Positions 9,304 through 19,442 of a stretch of 41,253 nt of DNA are shown here, piece by piece. Every line of letters begins with the position of its first letter. Within the stretch, counting starts at the first letter, position 1. The translations under genes were made by a program, and so were the position numbers. The stretch lies in contig JBDRRF010000086.1 of NCBI GenBank assembly GCA_043825875.1, forward strand, positions 1-41,253. Direction: 5' to 3'. Under the pieces are notes generated by a model. That model made no database searches. It was not told where the DNA came from and worked only from the letters and a program-made list of their open reading frames with translations. Source of the stretch: Pseudomonadota bacterium. Its GTDB lineage: Bacteria; Desulfobacterota; Desulfobacteria; Desulfobacterales; RPRI01.

Positions 9304-9418
9304 ACAGATATCTGTATGCTAAATCGAAACTTTTGTCAAATATTTTAGATTATAATCGAAACTTTATTATTATCAGGAATCCTTGACAAAGATACACTTT
9401 ATTGGCATGATTTTGCGA

Positions 9419-10387
9419 ATGGAAATTGGCTCAATAGTTATAGATAACGACACAGTTCTGGCTCCTCTTGCAGGCATTACAAACCTTCCATTCAGGCTTA
9501 TCGCAAAAAAAGCCGGATGCGGGCTTGTATGTTCTGAAATGGTAAGCGCAAACGGCATTACCTATGGTTCCAAAAAAACACTTAATATGCTTGATTCTTT
9601 ACCTGAAGAACGACCTGTTTCATTTCAGATTTTCGGCTCCGATCCTTTTATTATGGCAGAAGCTGCAATAATTGTTGAATCTGCCGGTGCCGATATAATC
9701 GATATAAATTTCGGCTGTTCGGTAAAAAAAGTTGTAAAAACAGGCGCTGGCGTTGCTCTTATGAAAGAGCCCGACAAAGCCGAAGCTATATTAAAGGCTT
9801 TAAAAAAAAGCGTTAAAATCCCTGTTACAATAAAGATAAGAACCGGATGGGACAAATCCGGTGAGCAAGCGCTGGCAACAGCTAAGATTGCAGAGTATTG
9901 CGGTATTGATGCTATTGCAGTTCATCCCAGAACGGCGAGTCAGGGCTTTAGAGGTTTGGCCGACTGGTCTGTAATATCAAGAGTAAAAGAACATGTATCC
10001 ATTCCGGTTATTGGAAACGGGGATATTATTACTGCAAATGATGCTGTTTTGATGCTGAATCAAACCGGTTGTGATGCGGTTATGGTAGGCAGGGCAGCTA
10101 TTGGCAATCCAATGATATTTCAACAGATAAATGCTCTTATTGCAAAAGAGCATTTACCTCCTGCAAGCTTGGCTCAACGTTTTAATTGCATGAAAGAATA
10201 TCTAAAAGCAAATGCTCAGTATTTCGGGGAAAAACAGGCATGCCTTATGATGCGAAGCCGCCTTGGCTGGTTTGTTAAGGGGCTTGATTCAAATGCAAAG
10301 TTCCGTGAATCCATAAAACATATAACATCAGAACAAGAAGCGATAGACATTATAAATTCATACTATGATTTTCTTGACGTACATTAA
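9419..10387 (+). CDS. dusB: tRNA-dihydrouridine synthase B
   Basis: LAPLAGITNLPFR, SEMVS, QIFGSDP, DINFGC, VTIKIRTGWD, IPVIGNGDI, VMVGRAAIGNP; start placed at ATG 9419 (the ORF-track TTG at 9383 is the -35 box). Confidence 0.9.
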   Translation: MEIGSIVIDNDTVLAPLAGITNLPFRLIAKKAGCGLVCSEMVSANGITYGSKKTLNMLDSLPEERPVSFQIFGSDPFIMAEAAIIVESAGADIIDINFGCSVKKVVKTGAGVALMKEPDKAEAILKALKKSVKIPVTIKIRTGWDKSGEQALATAKIAEYCGIDAIAVHPRTASQGFRGLADWSVISRVKEHVSIPVIGNGDIITANDAVLMLNQTGCDAVMVGRAAIGNPMIFQQINALIAKEHLPPASLAQRFNCMKEYLKANAQYFGEKQACLMMRSRLGWFVKGLDSNAKFRESIKHITSEQEAIDIINSYYDFLDVH

Positions 10388-10788
10388 TCCATCTTATATT
10401 CCGCTACGGCTTTCGTTAATATACCACCCCTTGCACTGAATTCCCCTGTAATTTCCATCCGTTTTGGCTTTAACACTTCTACAAGGTCATCTAAAATATG
10501 ATTTACTACATGCTCGTAAAAAATACCGACGTTTCTGTATTGAAGTAGATAATATTTCAAGGCTTTGAGTTCTATTATTTTTTTATCAGGCGTGTATCGG
10601 ATAATTATAGTGCCGAAATCCGGAAGGCCTGTCATGGGGCATACGGAAGTAAACTCGGGCTGTTTTATTTCGATATCTATATCTCTTTTCTGCCTGTATT
10701 TATAATCCATAGAAATTAATATATCTGATTTAATACTATCAGGATTTTGCGCTACATAATTTGGTTTCATTTTTTTTGCTTTGGCCAT
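10384..10788 (-). CDS. queF: NADPH-dependent 7-cyano-7-deazaguanine (preQ0) reductase
   Basis: EFTSVCPMTGLPDFG and ELKALKYYL...FYE..RGGI; unimodular length. Confidence 0.92.
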   Translation of the reverse strand: MAKAKKMKPNYVAQNPDSIKSDILISMDYKYRQKRDIDIEIKQPEFTSVCPMTGLPDFGTIIIRYTPDKKIIELKALKYYLLQYRNVGIFYEHVVNHILDDLVEVLKPKRMEITGEFSARGGILTKAVAEYKMD

Positions 10789-10790
10789 AT

Positions 10791-12668
10791 TTATAACTCC
10801 TTGTTAATTTCAAGTCTCTTGCCACAAGACAATCTGTATGTTCCTAAATAACCCGCCTGGATAAAAGTCTGCATAAAAGCAGGTACTGTGCTTAATTCGA
10901 CATAATGTGCTCTTTGAGCAAGAGTCTGAGCTTCCATGCGTTTGCCTGAAGATATTAAAGCCATCTTTGCCCCTATACCTGCTGCATTTCCCACCTGCTT
11001 GAACCGCTCATAAGGCAAAAATGGTAGCAGTCCTGCTGCCACAGCGCTCTCAATATTAATATAACTCCCAAAAGCTCCGGCAATGATTACCTGGGTAATA
11101 TCTTCCTCACTACAGCCCTTAGCTTCCAGTAATAGCTGAATCCCTGTGCGGATAGCAGCTTTAGCAAGCTGCAATTCTCTTATATCACTCTGGGTAATAA
11201 CAATTGCTTCCTGCCCGTTTCTTTCTTCTTCGCTTACCAGAACAAATTCAAGATATTTACCGTTTGACCTCACTCCCGGATACGTGTCAGACATCCTACC
11301 GCCTTTATCTATAATACCTGCTGAATAAAGTTGTGCCAATGCGTCCAGAATACCTGAACCGCATATCCCTACAGGTGGAGCCCCGTCAATTGTCTGATAC
11401 TGTACTTCCCCATCTATTATAAGTATATCTTCGATAGCTCCTGCTGAAGCTCTCATGCCGTACTGGATGTGCCCTCCTTCAAATGCGGGGCCGGATGCGC
11501 ACGAAGCACTGACAATTTCTCCGTTTGCCACCAAAGAAATTTCGGTATTTGTTCCAATATCGATAATCAACACCACTCCTTCGATATTTCCGGCGTCAGT
11601 CGCAAGCAATGCAGCAGTGTGATCAGCGCCAACAAAACCGGCTATATTGGGCAAAAGATGTATAAAAGCGCCTTTGGCAATTTGCAAACCAACATCACGG
11701 GCTTTTATATCCAAAGCTTTTTTTACTGCCGGGATAAATGGCGATTCAGCCAGTTGTTTTACCGGTAAATTAAGCAGCAAGTGGTGTATCGCGGTATTTC
11801 CTACAATAACTGCATCGGCAATTTCATCAGGATTTGCACCTATTTTTAAACATAAATCTTTTGCCATCTCATTTATGGAATTTACTACAAGATTTTTCAA
11901 ATCGACTGCTTTGGCCGGTGACTGAATTGCATGAGTTATACGGCTTATAATATCTTCACCATAACTTATCTGTTGGTTCATTACACCTTGGGCCGCAAGC
12001 GTTTTGCCGTTATTTAAATCAACCAGATATCCTGCAATTTTAGTTGTTCCCAAATCCACAGCAAGACCAAGTTTACGCTCCGATAAAGTCAGACCGATTA
12101 CTTCGTCTTCCCGTACACAAACATTGCACATCCAGTTTGATTCCCGCAGTTTTGGGGAAATATCCCGCATAACATCTATATCAATCTTGTTACAATTTAA
12201 ATTATATGTTGAATTAAGCAGTTCCAAAAGCCTGTCAGCATCAGCTCTTAGATCCGACATTGCGGGTGGACTAAGACTAACCTTATAAGAGTTTACGACA
12301 GGTTCCGGCAAAATATTAATTTCCAGCCCTTCTGTCTGAGTCCGCTGAGGAGCTGTAATTGATTCAGGAGGAAGGTATATTTTACAATTGCTTAACGGAT
12401 ATGCTTTACAGGCCAGACGCCAACCATCATCACACTCTTTTTTCGAAAATATTTCTTTTTCGCTTTGGGTCGGTTTTGACACTGTCCCGTCAATAACTTT
12501 GACTTTACAGGAACGGCATTTTCCCTGGCTTCCGCATACGTTCTTAATATTGATTCCAAGCTGATGAGAACATTCCAAAAGAGACTTGTCGGAATCGCAT
12601 TGCCCTCTGCGGCCTACAGGTTCAAAATCAATTTTATAGCGCCCAACGGCTTGCTCGGTCTTATCCAT
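10791..12668 (-). CDS. ASKHA-family ATP-dependent reductive activator of corrinoid proteins (RACo/DUF4445) with N-terminal 2Fe-2S domain
   Basis: CGSQGKCRSC...RLAC ferredoxin domain; DLGTT, GFVGAD, DIGTNTE, SGPAFEG, GICGSG, DIRELQLAKAAI, AGAFG, GNAA motifs. Confidence 0.88.
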   Translation of the reverse strand: MDKTEQAVGRYKIDFEPVGRRGQCDSDKSLLECSHQLGINIKNVCGSQGKCRSCKVKVIDGTVSKPTQSEKEIFSKKECDDGWRLACKAYPLSNCKIYLPPESITAPQRTQTEGLEINILPEPVVNSYKVSLSPPAMSDLRADADRLLELLNSTYNLNCNKIDIDVMRDISPKLRESNWMCNVCVREDEVIGLTLSERKLGLAVDLGTTKIAGYLVDLNNGKTLAAQGVMNQQISYGEDIISRITHAIQSPAKAVDLKNLVVNSINEMAKDLCLKIGANPDEIADAVIVGNTAIHHLLLNLPVKQLAESPFIPAVKKALDIKARDVGLQIAKGAFIHLLPNIAGFVGADHTAALLATDAGNIEGVVLIIDIGTNTEISLVANGEIVSASCASGPAFEGGHIQYGMRASAGAIEDILIIDGEVQYQTIDGAPPVGICGSGILDALAQLYSAGIIDKGGRMSDTYPGVRSNGKYLEFVLVSEEERNGQEAIVITQSDIRELQLAKAAIRTGIQLLLEAKGCSEEDITQVIIAGAFGSYINIESAVAAGLLPFLPYERFKQVGNAAGIGAKMALISSGKRMEAQTLAQRAHYVELSTVPAFMQTFIQAGYLGTYRLSCGKRLEINKEL

Positions 12669-12883
12669 TTGTTATTCACGTGAGTAGTGATTTTTATAAT
12701 CAATTTGATTCCGGGATGTTGTCAATTTATTTTAAACTGCTTCCATTAACAGGTACAACCAAAAAATATATGTTTTTTTAGTCTCTTATATCGCATTAAC
12801 AGACTTATATGTCAAGTTACACTCTGGGTTTGCACCGGATAACCGCATATTTTTTATGGGACAGTAATAATGATTATTGGATG

Positions 12884-13855
12884 TTATTCTTCTATAACCA
12901 TCTTAAGAAACAAATCACTTTTTAAGCCATTTTCTGCCTGATACTTAAATCCTTTCAATCTAAGTATACTCCCATCAGAAACTCTCGCCGGCACAACAAC
13001 TTTATAGAGCTTTTTATTAAAACCCTGTGATATGCTGACAATTTTTTGTGTCCCCATTGCAGCTTCATGCGGAGTAATTTTAAGAATGCCGTAAAGATTG
13101 TCGTCATTTCCCGTGCTGACCGGCCTTATAACTTGCAGCCTATTACTTCTTTTCTTTCCTGTCAGATTTCTGGTTATTCCGGTTAAACCGATTTGCGGCA
13201 TTTTTGACATTATTTTTATCCAGATCATTCCGCATAAAAACCCTCCGATATGAGCCCACCATGCAATCCCTCCGGCTTGTCCACTGCTTCCGGCAGCATT
13301 TAAGACCTGGAGGAAAAACCAGAAAATCAGAAAGAAAAAGGCCGGTATTTCAATAATCCATGGGATAATAATTATCGGAATCAGCGTTAATATTTTTGCA
13401 TTAGGATAAAGAATAAAATAAGCGCCCATCACGCCTGCAATAGCACCGCTTGCCCCTATTGTAGGAAAATTGGAATGAAAATTTAAAAAAAGATGCGTCA
13501 ATCCTGATATAAGCCCGCATACAATGTAAAATACAAAATAGCGCAAAGGCCCCATACTGTCTTCAACATTATCGCCAAATATATAAAGTGTCCACATATT
13601 GCCCAGAATATGCCAAAAACTTCCGTGTAAAAACATGAAGGATATAAAAGGAAACAACTGCTCTATAGCTGTAAAATTAGTGGAAATATGGGGTACGGAA
13701 TAACGTGCCGGCACAAGGCCGTATAAGTAATCAAAATTATATAGATTTTGTCCCTGGGAAAGTTGTACAAGAAAAACAACAATATTAATACCTATGATGG
13801 TGTTATTTACTACCGGATAGTTTTTGGAAGTTATTGTGTCACGAAGTGGTATCAT
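12884..13855 (-). CDS. Rhomboid intramembrane serine protease fused to a DnaJ C-terminal-like domain
   Basis: MFLHG..HILGNM, GASGAIAG (catalytic Ser), WWAHIGG (catalytic His); C-terminal LKITPHEAAMG...KVVVPA...GSILRLKG...DLFLK. Confidence 0.85.
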   Translation of the reverse strand: MIPLRDTITSKNYPVVNNTIIGINIVVFLVQLSQGQNLYNFDYLYGLVPARYSVPHISTNFTAIEQLFPFISFMFLHGSFWHILGNMWTLYIFGDNVEDSMGPLRYFVFYIVCGLISGLTHLFLNFHSNFPTIGASGAIAGVMGAYFILYPNAKILTLIPIIIIPWIIEIPAFFFLIFWFFLQVLNAAGSSGQAGGIAWWAHIGGFLCGMIWIKIMSKMPQIGLTGITRNLTGKKRSNRLQVIRPVSTGNDDNLYGILKITPHEAAMGTQKIVSISQGFNKKLYKVVVPARVSDGSILRLKGFKYQAENGLKSDLFLKMVIEE

Positions 13856-14694
13856 TAGATAATACGCATACTTAAATCCATGCTTCTTGCTGAATGTGTA
13901 AGAGCACCGATTGAGATAATATCAATCCCGGTATCGGAATACAAATTCAGGTTTTCTTTTGTAATATTGCCGGAAACTTCAACCATTGCCTTTTTGCCAA
14001 CTAATGACACTGCTTCTTTGATCTGGGTAATATTCATATTGTCTAACATAATAACATCGGCTTTTGCGGCAAGTGCTTCTTTTAGGGAAATAAAATCCGA
14101 AACTTCTACTTCTATTTTTATCAGATGTGATATTTTATTGCGAACACGCTCAATCGCTTTTTTTATTCCGCCACAAGCTGCGATATGATTATCTTTTATT
14201 AAAACACCGTCATATAATCCGATTCTATGATTATATGCACCCCCTACCCTGACAGCATATTTTTCCAGAACTCTCCAGCCAGGTATGGTTTTCCGTGTAT
14301 CAACAAGGCGGATTTTTTTATTATCAAAAAGTTCGACATATGACCGGACGTTTGTTGAAATTCCGGATAAACGCTGCATAAAATTTAAAGCAATGCGCTC
14401 ACCTTTTAAAAGAACACAAAGCTTTCCTTCAATCTCCATGACTGTTTCGCCGTTTTTGACCAAATCCCCATCTTTAAAAAAAGGTCTGCAAATAACTTCT
14501 GAATCGATAAAAGTAAAAACATCCTTGGCTACATCAAGACCCGCTATGACAAGAGGTTCTTTGGCAACAATTATGCCTTTGCCTTTTATTTCAGGATCAA
14601 CAGTATAGTCCGTGGTGATATCACCGGAGCCTATATCTTCTTCAAGTGCGATTTGAATCAGATGCTTTAATGAGTGCATATTATAACATCCCAA
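13855..14694 (-). CDS. nadC: Quinolinate phosphoribosyltransferase
   Basis: EDIGSGDITT, ERIALN..QRLSGI, DTRKT, HRIGLYD..LIKDNH, IMLDN, GALTHS. Confidence 0.95.
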   Translation of the reverse strand: MGCYNMHSLKHLIQIALEEDIGSGDITTDYTVDPEIKGKGIIVAKEPLVIAGLDVAKDVFTFIDSEVICRPFFKDGDLVKNGETVMEIEGKLCVLLKGERIALNFMQRLSGISTNVRSYVELFDNKKIRLVDTRKTIPGWRVLEKYAVRVGGAYNHRIGLYDGVLIKDNHIAACGGIKKAIERVRNKISHLIKIEVEVSDFISLKEALAAKADVIMLDNMNITQIKEAVSLVGKKAMVEVSGNITKENLNLYSDTGIDIISIGALTHSARSMDLSMRII

Positions 14695-14700
14695 AAAAAG

Positions 14701-17376
14701 TTATTGTTCTTCTTCAATACTTTTCATTTTTTCAAGATTCGAAATAATTTTCTGTTGTTTTGCCAGTACCAAACTGTGTTTATCCTTTACTTTATCCACT
14801 ACATCATCGGGGGCTTTTTTGAGGAAGTCCTCATTGTTAAGCTTTTTAATTAATCCTGATATCTCATTTTTCAGTTTTGTAAGTTCTTTTTCAAGGCGTT
14901 CTTTTTCCTTGGCAAAATCGATTATATCTTCCAATAAAACATAAATTACTGCATCACCAATAACAGTTGTAGCTGCCTTCTTTGGTCTTACACCTGACTT
15001 TTCAGATACAAATGTTTTAAGACCTGCAAGATTTATTATAATATCTTCGTTATCTGAAACTATACTTCTAAAAGAGTCATTATCCGAATGCAAAACCACA
15101 TCCAATGATGCTGAAGGCGCAATATTCATTTCGCCTTTAATATTTCTTATTCCGGTAATAACCTCCATAACAATGTTCATACTATGCTCTGCTTTTGTAT
15201 CGCATAACAGAGAGTTGAAATCATTTGCATCAGCAGGAAATACCGCTTTCATTATCGACCCTTGTGTTCCGGGAAGTTTATGCCAGATTTCTTCTGTTAC
15301 AAAGGGTGTGAAAGGATGAAGCAAAATAAGCACATCATGAAAAACTCTTTGCAAAACACTTAAGGTAGCATTTTTATTCTCTTCTCCTTTATGTCCGTAA
15401 AGACAAGGTTTGATGGCTTCAAGATACCAGTCGCATAGCTCATGCCATACGAAATTGTAAAGAGTACTTGCCGCATCATTAAACCTGTAATTGTCTATAG
15501 TGTCTGCAACAATATCGGTGACATTCTTAAGTCTTGCAAGTATCCATTTATCGGGAAGAGACATACTCTCAAATTTTAACTCAGAATGACTTTTGGTTAA
15601 ATGCATAAGAGCAAAACGGGCGGCATTCCAGAATTTGTTTATAAAATGCCGATAACCTTCAACTCTTTTTTCCGACATTTTAATATCCCTGCCCTGTGCG
15701 GCAAAAACAGCAAGTGTCATACGAAAAGAATCGGTTCCGTATTGATCAATGATGTTTAAAGGATCAATTACATTTCCTTTTGACTTGCTCATCTTTTTGC
15801 CATCTTCATCTCTTACCAGCGCATGAACATATACATCCTTAAACGGAACATCATTCATGAAATGTAGCCCCATCATCATCATACGCGCTACCCAGAAAAA
15901 AAGTATATCAAAGCCTGTAACAAGAACGGATGTAGGGTAAAAGGTTTTAAGCAGCTTGGTCTCTTCCGGCCATCCCATTGTAGAAAAGGGCCATAGAGCC
16001 GAGCTGAACCATGTATCAAGAACATCAGTCTCCTGTACAAGATTGCCGGATCCGCACTTAGGGCATGTTGCCGGCGCTTCCATTGCAACAATAAGATCAA
16101 GACATTTTTCACATGTCCATGCAGGTATCTGATGGCCCCACCAGATCTGGCGGGAAATGCACCAGTCTCGTATATTATTCATCCAGTCATAGTAGGTATT
16201 TGTCCACATTTCCGGGACAATTTTTGTGCTTTTATTTTCGACAGCTTCAATTGCTTTTTTTGCAAGAGGCTTTACTTTTACAAACCACTGCTTTGATAAA
16301 TTCGGCTCTATAATTGTTTTGCACCTGTAGCAGTGCCCCACATTGTGTTTTATAGGCTCAATTTTTTCTAATAACCCATCTTCTTCTAAAGCTTTGACAA
16401 CAGCTTTTCTGCATTCAAAGCGGTCAAGCCCTTCAAATTTTCCGGCATCTGCTGTCATTTTTCCGTTATCATCTATTACTTTAATTTCAGGAAGGCGATG
16501 GCGTTTTCCTATTTCAAAGTCATTGGGATCATGGGCAGGAGTAACTTTTAAGGCTCCGGTTCCAAAAGTCATGTCAACATAAGTATCTCTGATGATGGGA
16601 ATCTGCCTGTTTAAAACAGGTAGTATAACCGAAGATGATTTTATGTTCTGGTATCTCTTATCATCAGGATTAACAGCAACAGCGGTATCACCAAGCATAG
16701 TCTCAGGACGCGTTGTGGCAACCACAATACTGCCTGATCCGTCCGGGAAAGGATATCTTATATGATAAAGATGCCCGTCGATTTCCTCATGTTCTACTTC
16801 AAGGTCCGCAAGAGCGGTATGACAGCGGTGGCACCAGTTTATTATGTAATTGCCACGGTAAATAAGGTCTTCGTTATAAAGCTGAACAAAAACTTTGCGA
16901 ACTGCAATTGAAAGGCCTTCGTCCATAGTAAAGCGTTCAAGTTTCCAATCACAGGAAGCACCCAATCGTTTCAATTGATTGATGATCGCACTTCCGTATT
17001 GATTTCGCCATTCCCAAACCGCCTCGATAAATTTTTCCCGTCCGAGTTTATGCCTGTCAGTATTTTCGGCAGCAAGTTTTTTTTCAACAACGTTTTGTGT
17101 AGCAATCCCGGCATGGTCAGTGCCCGGCATCCAAAGCACATTATCTCCACGCAATCTTCTGTAGCGGCACAGTATATCCTGCATAGTGATATTAAGGGCA
17201 TGCCCCATATGAAGTACACCCGTTACATTAGGAGGAGGAATAACTATTGAATAACTTTTTTTATCACTTTGCTCACTGGCTGCAAAAAGTTCTTCTTTTT
17301 CCCAGAATTCATACCAGTATTTTTCAACCCCTTTAGGCTCATAACTCTTTTCAAGTAAATCTGAACTCATAAACAA
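14701..17376 (-). CDS. valS: Valyl-tRNA synthetase
   Basis: PPPNVTGVLHMGH (HIGH), DWCISRQIWWGH, KMSKSKGN, C-terminal coiled coil with FLKKAP. Confidence 0.97.
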   Translation of the reverse strand: MFMSSDLLEKSYEPKGVEKYWYEFWEKEELFAASEQSDKKSYSIVIPPPNVTGVLHMGHALNITMQDILCRYRRLRGDNVLWMPGTDHAGIATQNVVEKKLAAENTDRHKLGREKFIEAVWEWRNQYGSAIINQLKRLGASCDWKLERFTMDEGLSIAVRKVFVQLYNEDLIYRGNYIINWCHRCHTALADLEVEHEEIDGHLYHIRYPFPDGSGSIVVATTRPETMLGDTAVAVNPDDKRYQNIKSSSVILPVLNRQIPIIRDTYVDMTFGTGALKVTPAHDPNDFEIGKRHRLPEIKVIDDNGKMTADAGKFEGLDRFECRKAVVKALEEDGLLEKIEPIKHNVGHCYRCKTIIEPNLSKQWFVKVKPLAKKAIEAVENKSTKIVPEMWTNTYYDWMNNIRDWCISRQIWWGHQIPAWTCEKCLDLIVAMEAPATCPKCGSGNLVQETDVLDTWFSSALWPFSTMGWPEETKLLKTFYPTSVLVTGFDILFFWVARMMMMGLHFMNDVPFKDVYVHALVRDEDGKKMSKSKGNVIDPLNIIDQYGTDSFRMTLAVFAAQGRDIKMSEKRVEGYRHFINKFWNAARFALMHLTKSHSELKFESMSLPDKWILARLKNVTDIVADTIDNYRFNDAASTLYNFVWHELCDWYLEAIKPCLYGHKGEENKNATLSVLQRVFHDVLILLHPFTPFVTEEIWHKLPGTQGSIMKAVFPADANDFNSLLCDTKAEHSMNIVMEVITGIRNIKGEMNIAPSASLDVVLHSDNDSFRSIVSDNEDIIINLAGLKTFVSEKSGVRPKKAATTVIGDAVIYVLLEDIIDFAKEKERLEKELTKLKNEISGLIKKLNNEDFLKKAPDDVVDKVKDKHSLVLAKQQKIISNLEKMKSIEEEQ

Positions 17377-17595
17377 TACTCCAAATAATATATAAAATCC
17401 TGACGGATTTATAAAAGTTTAATACGCAAAAAGCAAGAAAATGTACTGTTCTTACTTGCAAACTGCTATTATGAAAAAAGCAAAAATCAAGCAAATAGGC
17501 TAACAAACCGATAAGCCTTTATTTACAATAATATAACTTCGTAACGCAATAGTTAACTTTATATCAAAACAGAAATATAAGCCCCTAAATAAAAC

Positions 17596-17619
17596 TACCC
17601 TGCAGCAAGCTACAGGGTA
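17596..17619. mobile_element. Isolated hairpin resembling an IS200/IS605-type subterminal end (remnant)
   Basis: TACCCTGCAGC-AA-GCTACAGGGTA imperfect palindrome in an otherwise AT-rich intergenic region; no transposase nearby. Confidence 0.4.
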
Positions 17620-17745
17620 TCTAAAAAATCTATAATAATCAATTCTGTCTGCCTATGACCCCGGAAGACATTTACAAAAGTAATGGATGCAAGCTAAGAT
17701 TAATAATTGAAATAATAAAATGCCCGCGAAAATATAAAATTATGT

Positions 17746-18309
17746 TCAATCGAAATCATTTTCATCAACACGAAGAACATTTTTCAATCTTATAATTTCC
17801 TGTTTAACAGCCCTTTCTATTACCTCAATCAGTATGCTATCAATTTTATCTCCCAATATTTTTTGAACCACCCGCTCAATGGCAGCTTCAACCTGCTGGG
17901 GCGATACATTAATTGTTCCTGAGCCTATTGGGGATTCTTCTTCCAAATCAAATGTTTTATTTTCAGCAAATTCCTCCGCTGAATCTATTTCACTCTCAAT
18001 TTCCATTCCTAAGGAAGCAGCAAAATCATCTTTTATATACTCATCAGAATCTACTATATCTTCCTCAAGATCTTTCATTACAATTTCCTGTTCATTTCCA
18101 ACAGGATTAACTGTACTAGCGGCTTCGACAATATCTGTAAGTTCGATCACTTCATCTTCCAAAGATACTATCATATCTTCAGTAAGTTCAATGATTTCGT
18201 CATCACTATCTATGGAATTTTTCAAGTCACTAATAAGGCTCATCAATTCCGGGTCTTTAAAAGATTCATTTTCAGAAGGTTCTTGCCCCGATTTTTCCTT
18301 TTCGTCCAT
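17746..18309 (-). CDS. Acidic, largely disordered protein, PopZ/DUF2497-like
   Basis: ATG at 18309 after GGGGG; two IELT motifs, acidic linker, C-terminal amphipathic helices ending VIERAVKQEIIRLK; lies upstream of valS. Confidence 0.6.
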   Translation of the reverse strand: MDEKEKSGQEPSENESFKDPELMSLISDLKNSIDSDDEIIELTEDMIVSLEDEVIELTDIVEAASTVNPVGNEQEIVMKDLEEDIVDSDEYIKDDFAASLGMEIESEIDSAEEFAENKTFDLEEESPIGSGTINVSPQQVEAAIERVVQKILGDKIDSILIEVIERAVKQEIIRLKNVLRVDENDFD

Positions 18310-18533
18310 TGCACCCCCAATTTTTAGGTTTTTCAAAATACGGGAATTAAACAAGTCTTCACAATGACTTGGAATCTAACACACTCCGCCTACAGGTGTC
18401 AAGCCGTTTACGTTTTTACTGAATCAACAACCTTAAAATAAAAGCATGAAAGCGAAAAGCCTGCAATTTATGGTTATTTATTTATATTGTTATTAAAACG
18501 TGTAAATTGAATTACAACTTACAAAATATAATA

Positions 18534-19325
18534 TTATTTTTTGATAATATCGCCTACCCCTGAAACATCTTTAACTACTTCTTTTGGATTACCATAGTAA
18601 GTAATATCACCGGCACCGTTTATCTCAGCCTTAAGTTTTTTAGAAACATTTACAACCGCATTGCCGGCTCCGTTGACTATTACATCTACATTTTCAGCTT
18701 TAAGTTCTTTTGCTTTAATATCACCCGCGCCTGATACGTCAAGCTTTAAATTCTTTGTTTTTCCAGACGCTTTCACATCTACTGCCCCATCGACTTCAAC
18801 ATCAAGGCCATTATTATTTACTCCGGAAATTAAAAGGTCAACAGCACCCGAAGCCGATATTTTTTCAACATTGTCTACAGACACCCTAACTTCCAGCAAT
18901 CTTTTAGGGCATATAGTTTTATTTGAAGTAATTTGAAGAGTACTTCCCACGACTCTTGTTATTATATGGGGTAATATATTGCTGTCACCCCTTACCTCTA
19001 TACTTTTTTTCTTTTGACATTCGATATATACATTAAAGGCACCGTCTATCTCTACAGATTTAAATTCAGATACCGCTCTTTTTTCCTTCTTATCAATTCC
19101 ATTCCCTTCAATTCCACTTCCGCAGCCTCCACTACCAGAGCTTACGACACCTCCATCAATTGAAATATTTCCTGACTGCGCCACACCTCCATCAATTGAT
19201 ATATCACTAGCACTGCCATCACCTAAATTTATAGATATTCCGCTCGCATCAGCTTTATTTGCACTCAATAACATTACGGAAAGAATAATAAACAATATTA
19301 TTAAATAATAGTGAGTTGCCTTCAT
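18534..19325 (-). CDS. Secreted GIN-domain (DUF2807-like) beta-helical protein
   Basis: Signal peptide; GIEGNG...R.VSEFKSVEIDGAFNV.I and repeated (S/D/N)GA(G/V)D units ending AEINGAGDITYYGNP...VSGVGDIIKK. Confidence 0.8.
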   Translation of the reverse strand: MKATHYYLIILFIILSVMLLSANKADASGISINLGDGSASDISIDGGVAQSGNISIDGGVVSSGSGGCGSGIEGNGIDKKEKRAVSEFKSVEIDGAFNVYIECQKKKSIEVRGDSNILPHIITRVVGSTLQITSNKTICPKRLLEVRVSVDNVEKISASGAVDLLISGVNNNGLDVEVDGAVDVKASGKTKNLKLDVSGAGDIKAKELKAENVDVIVNGAGNAVVNVSKKLKAEINGAGDITYYGNPKEVVKDVSGVGDIIKK

Positions 19326-19442
19326 ATGTTCTCCTTTCCTTATATCAGGTATTTATAAATTGTAGTAATTCAGCTGACTCTTTCCAGTCAGCTCTTACAA
19401 TGTTTTAAATTCTTTTAACAATTTTATTAGCCTATATTGGGT

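Noticed and set aside
9383..9418. Extended dusB N-terminus from TTG 9383
   Set aside because: The TTG is part of a TTGACA -35 box; DusB-like sequence begins at MEIGS (9419).
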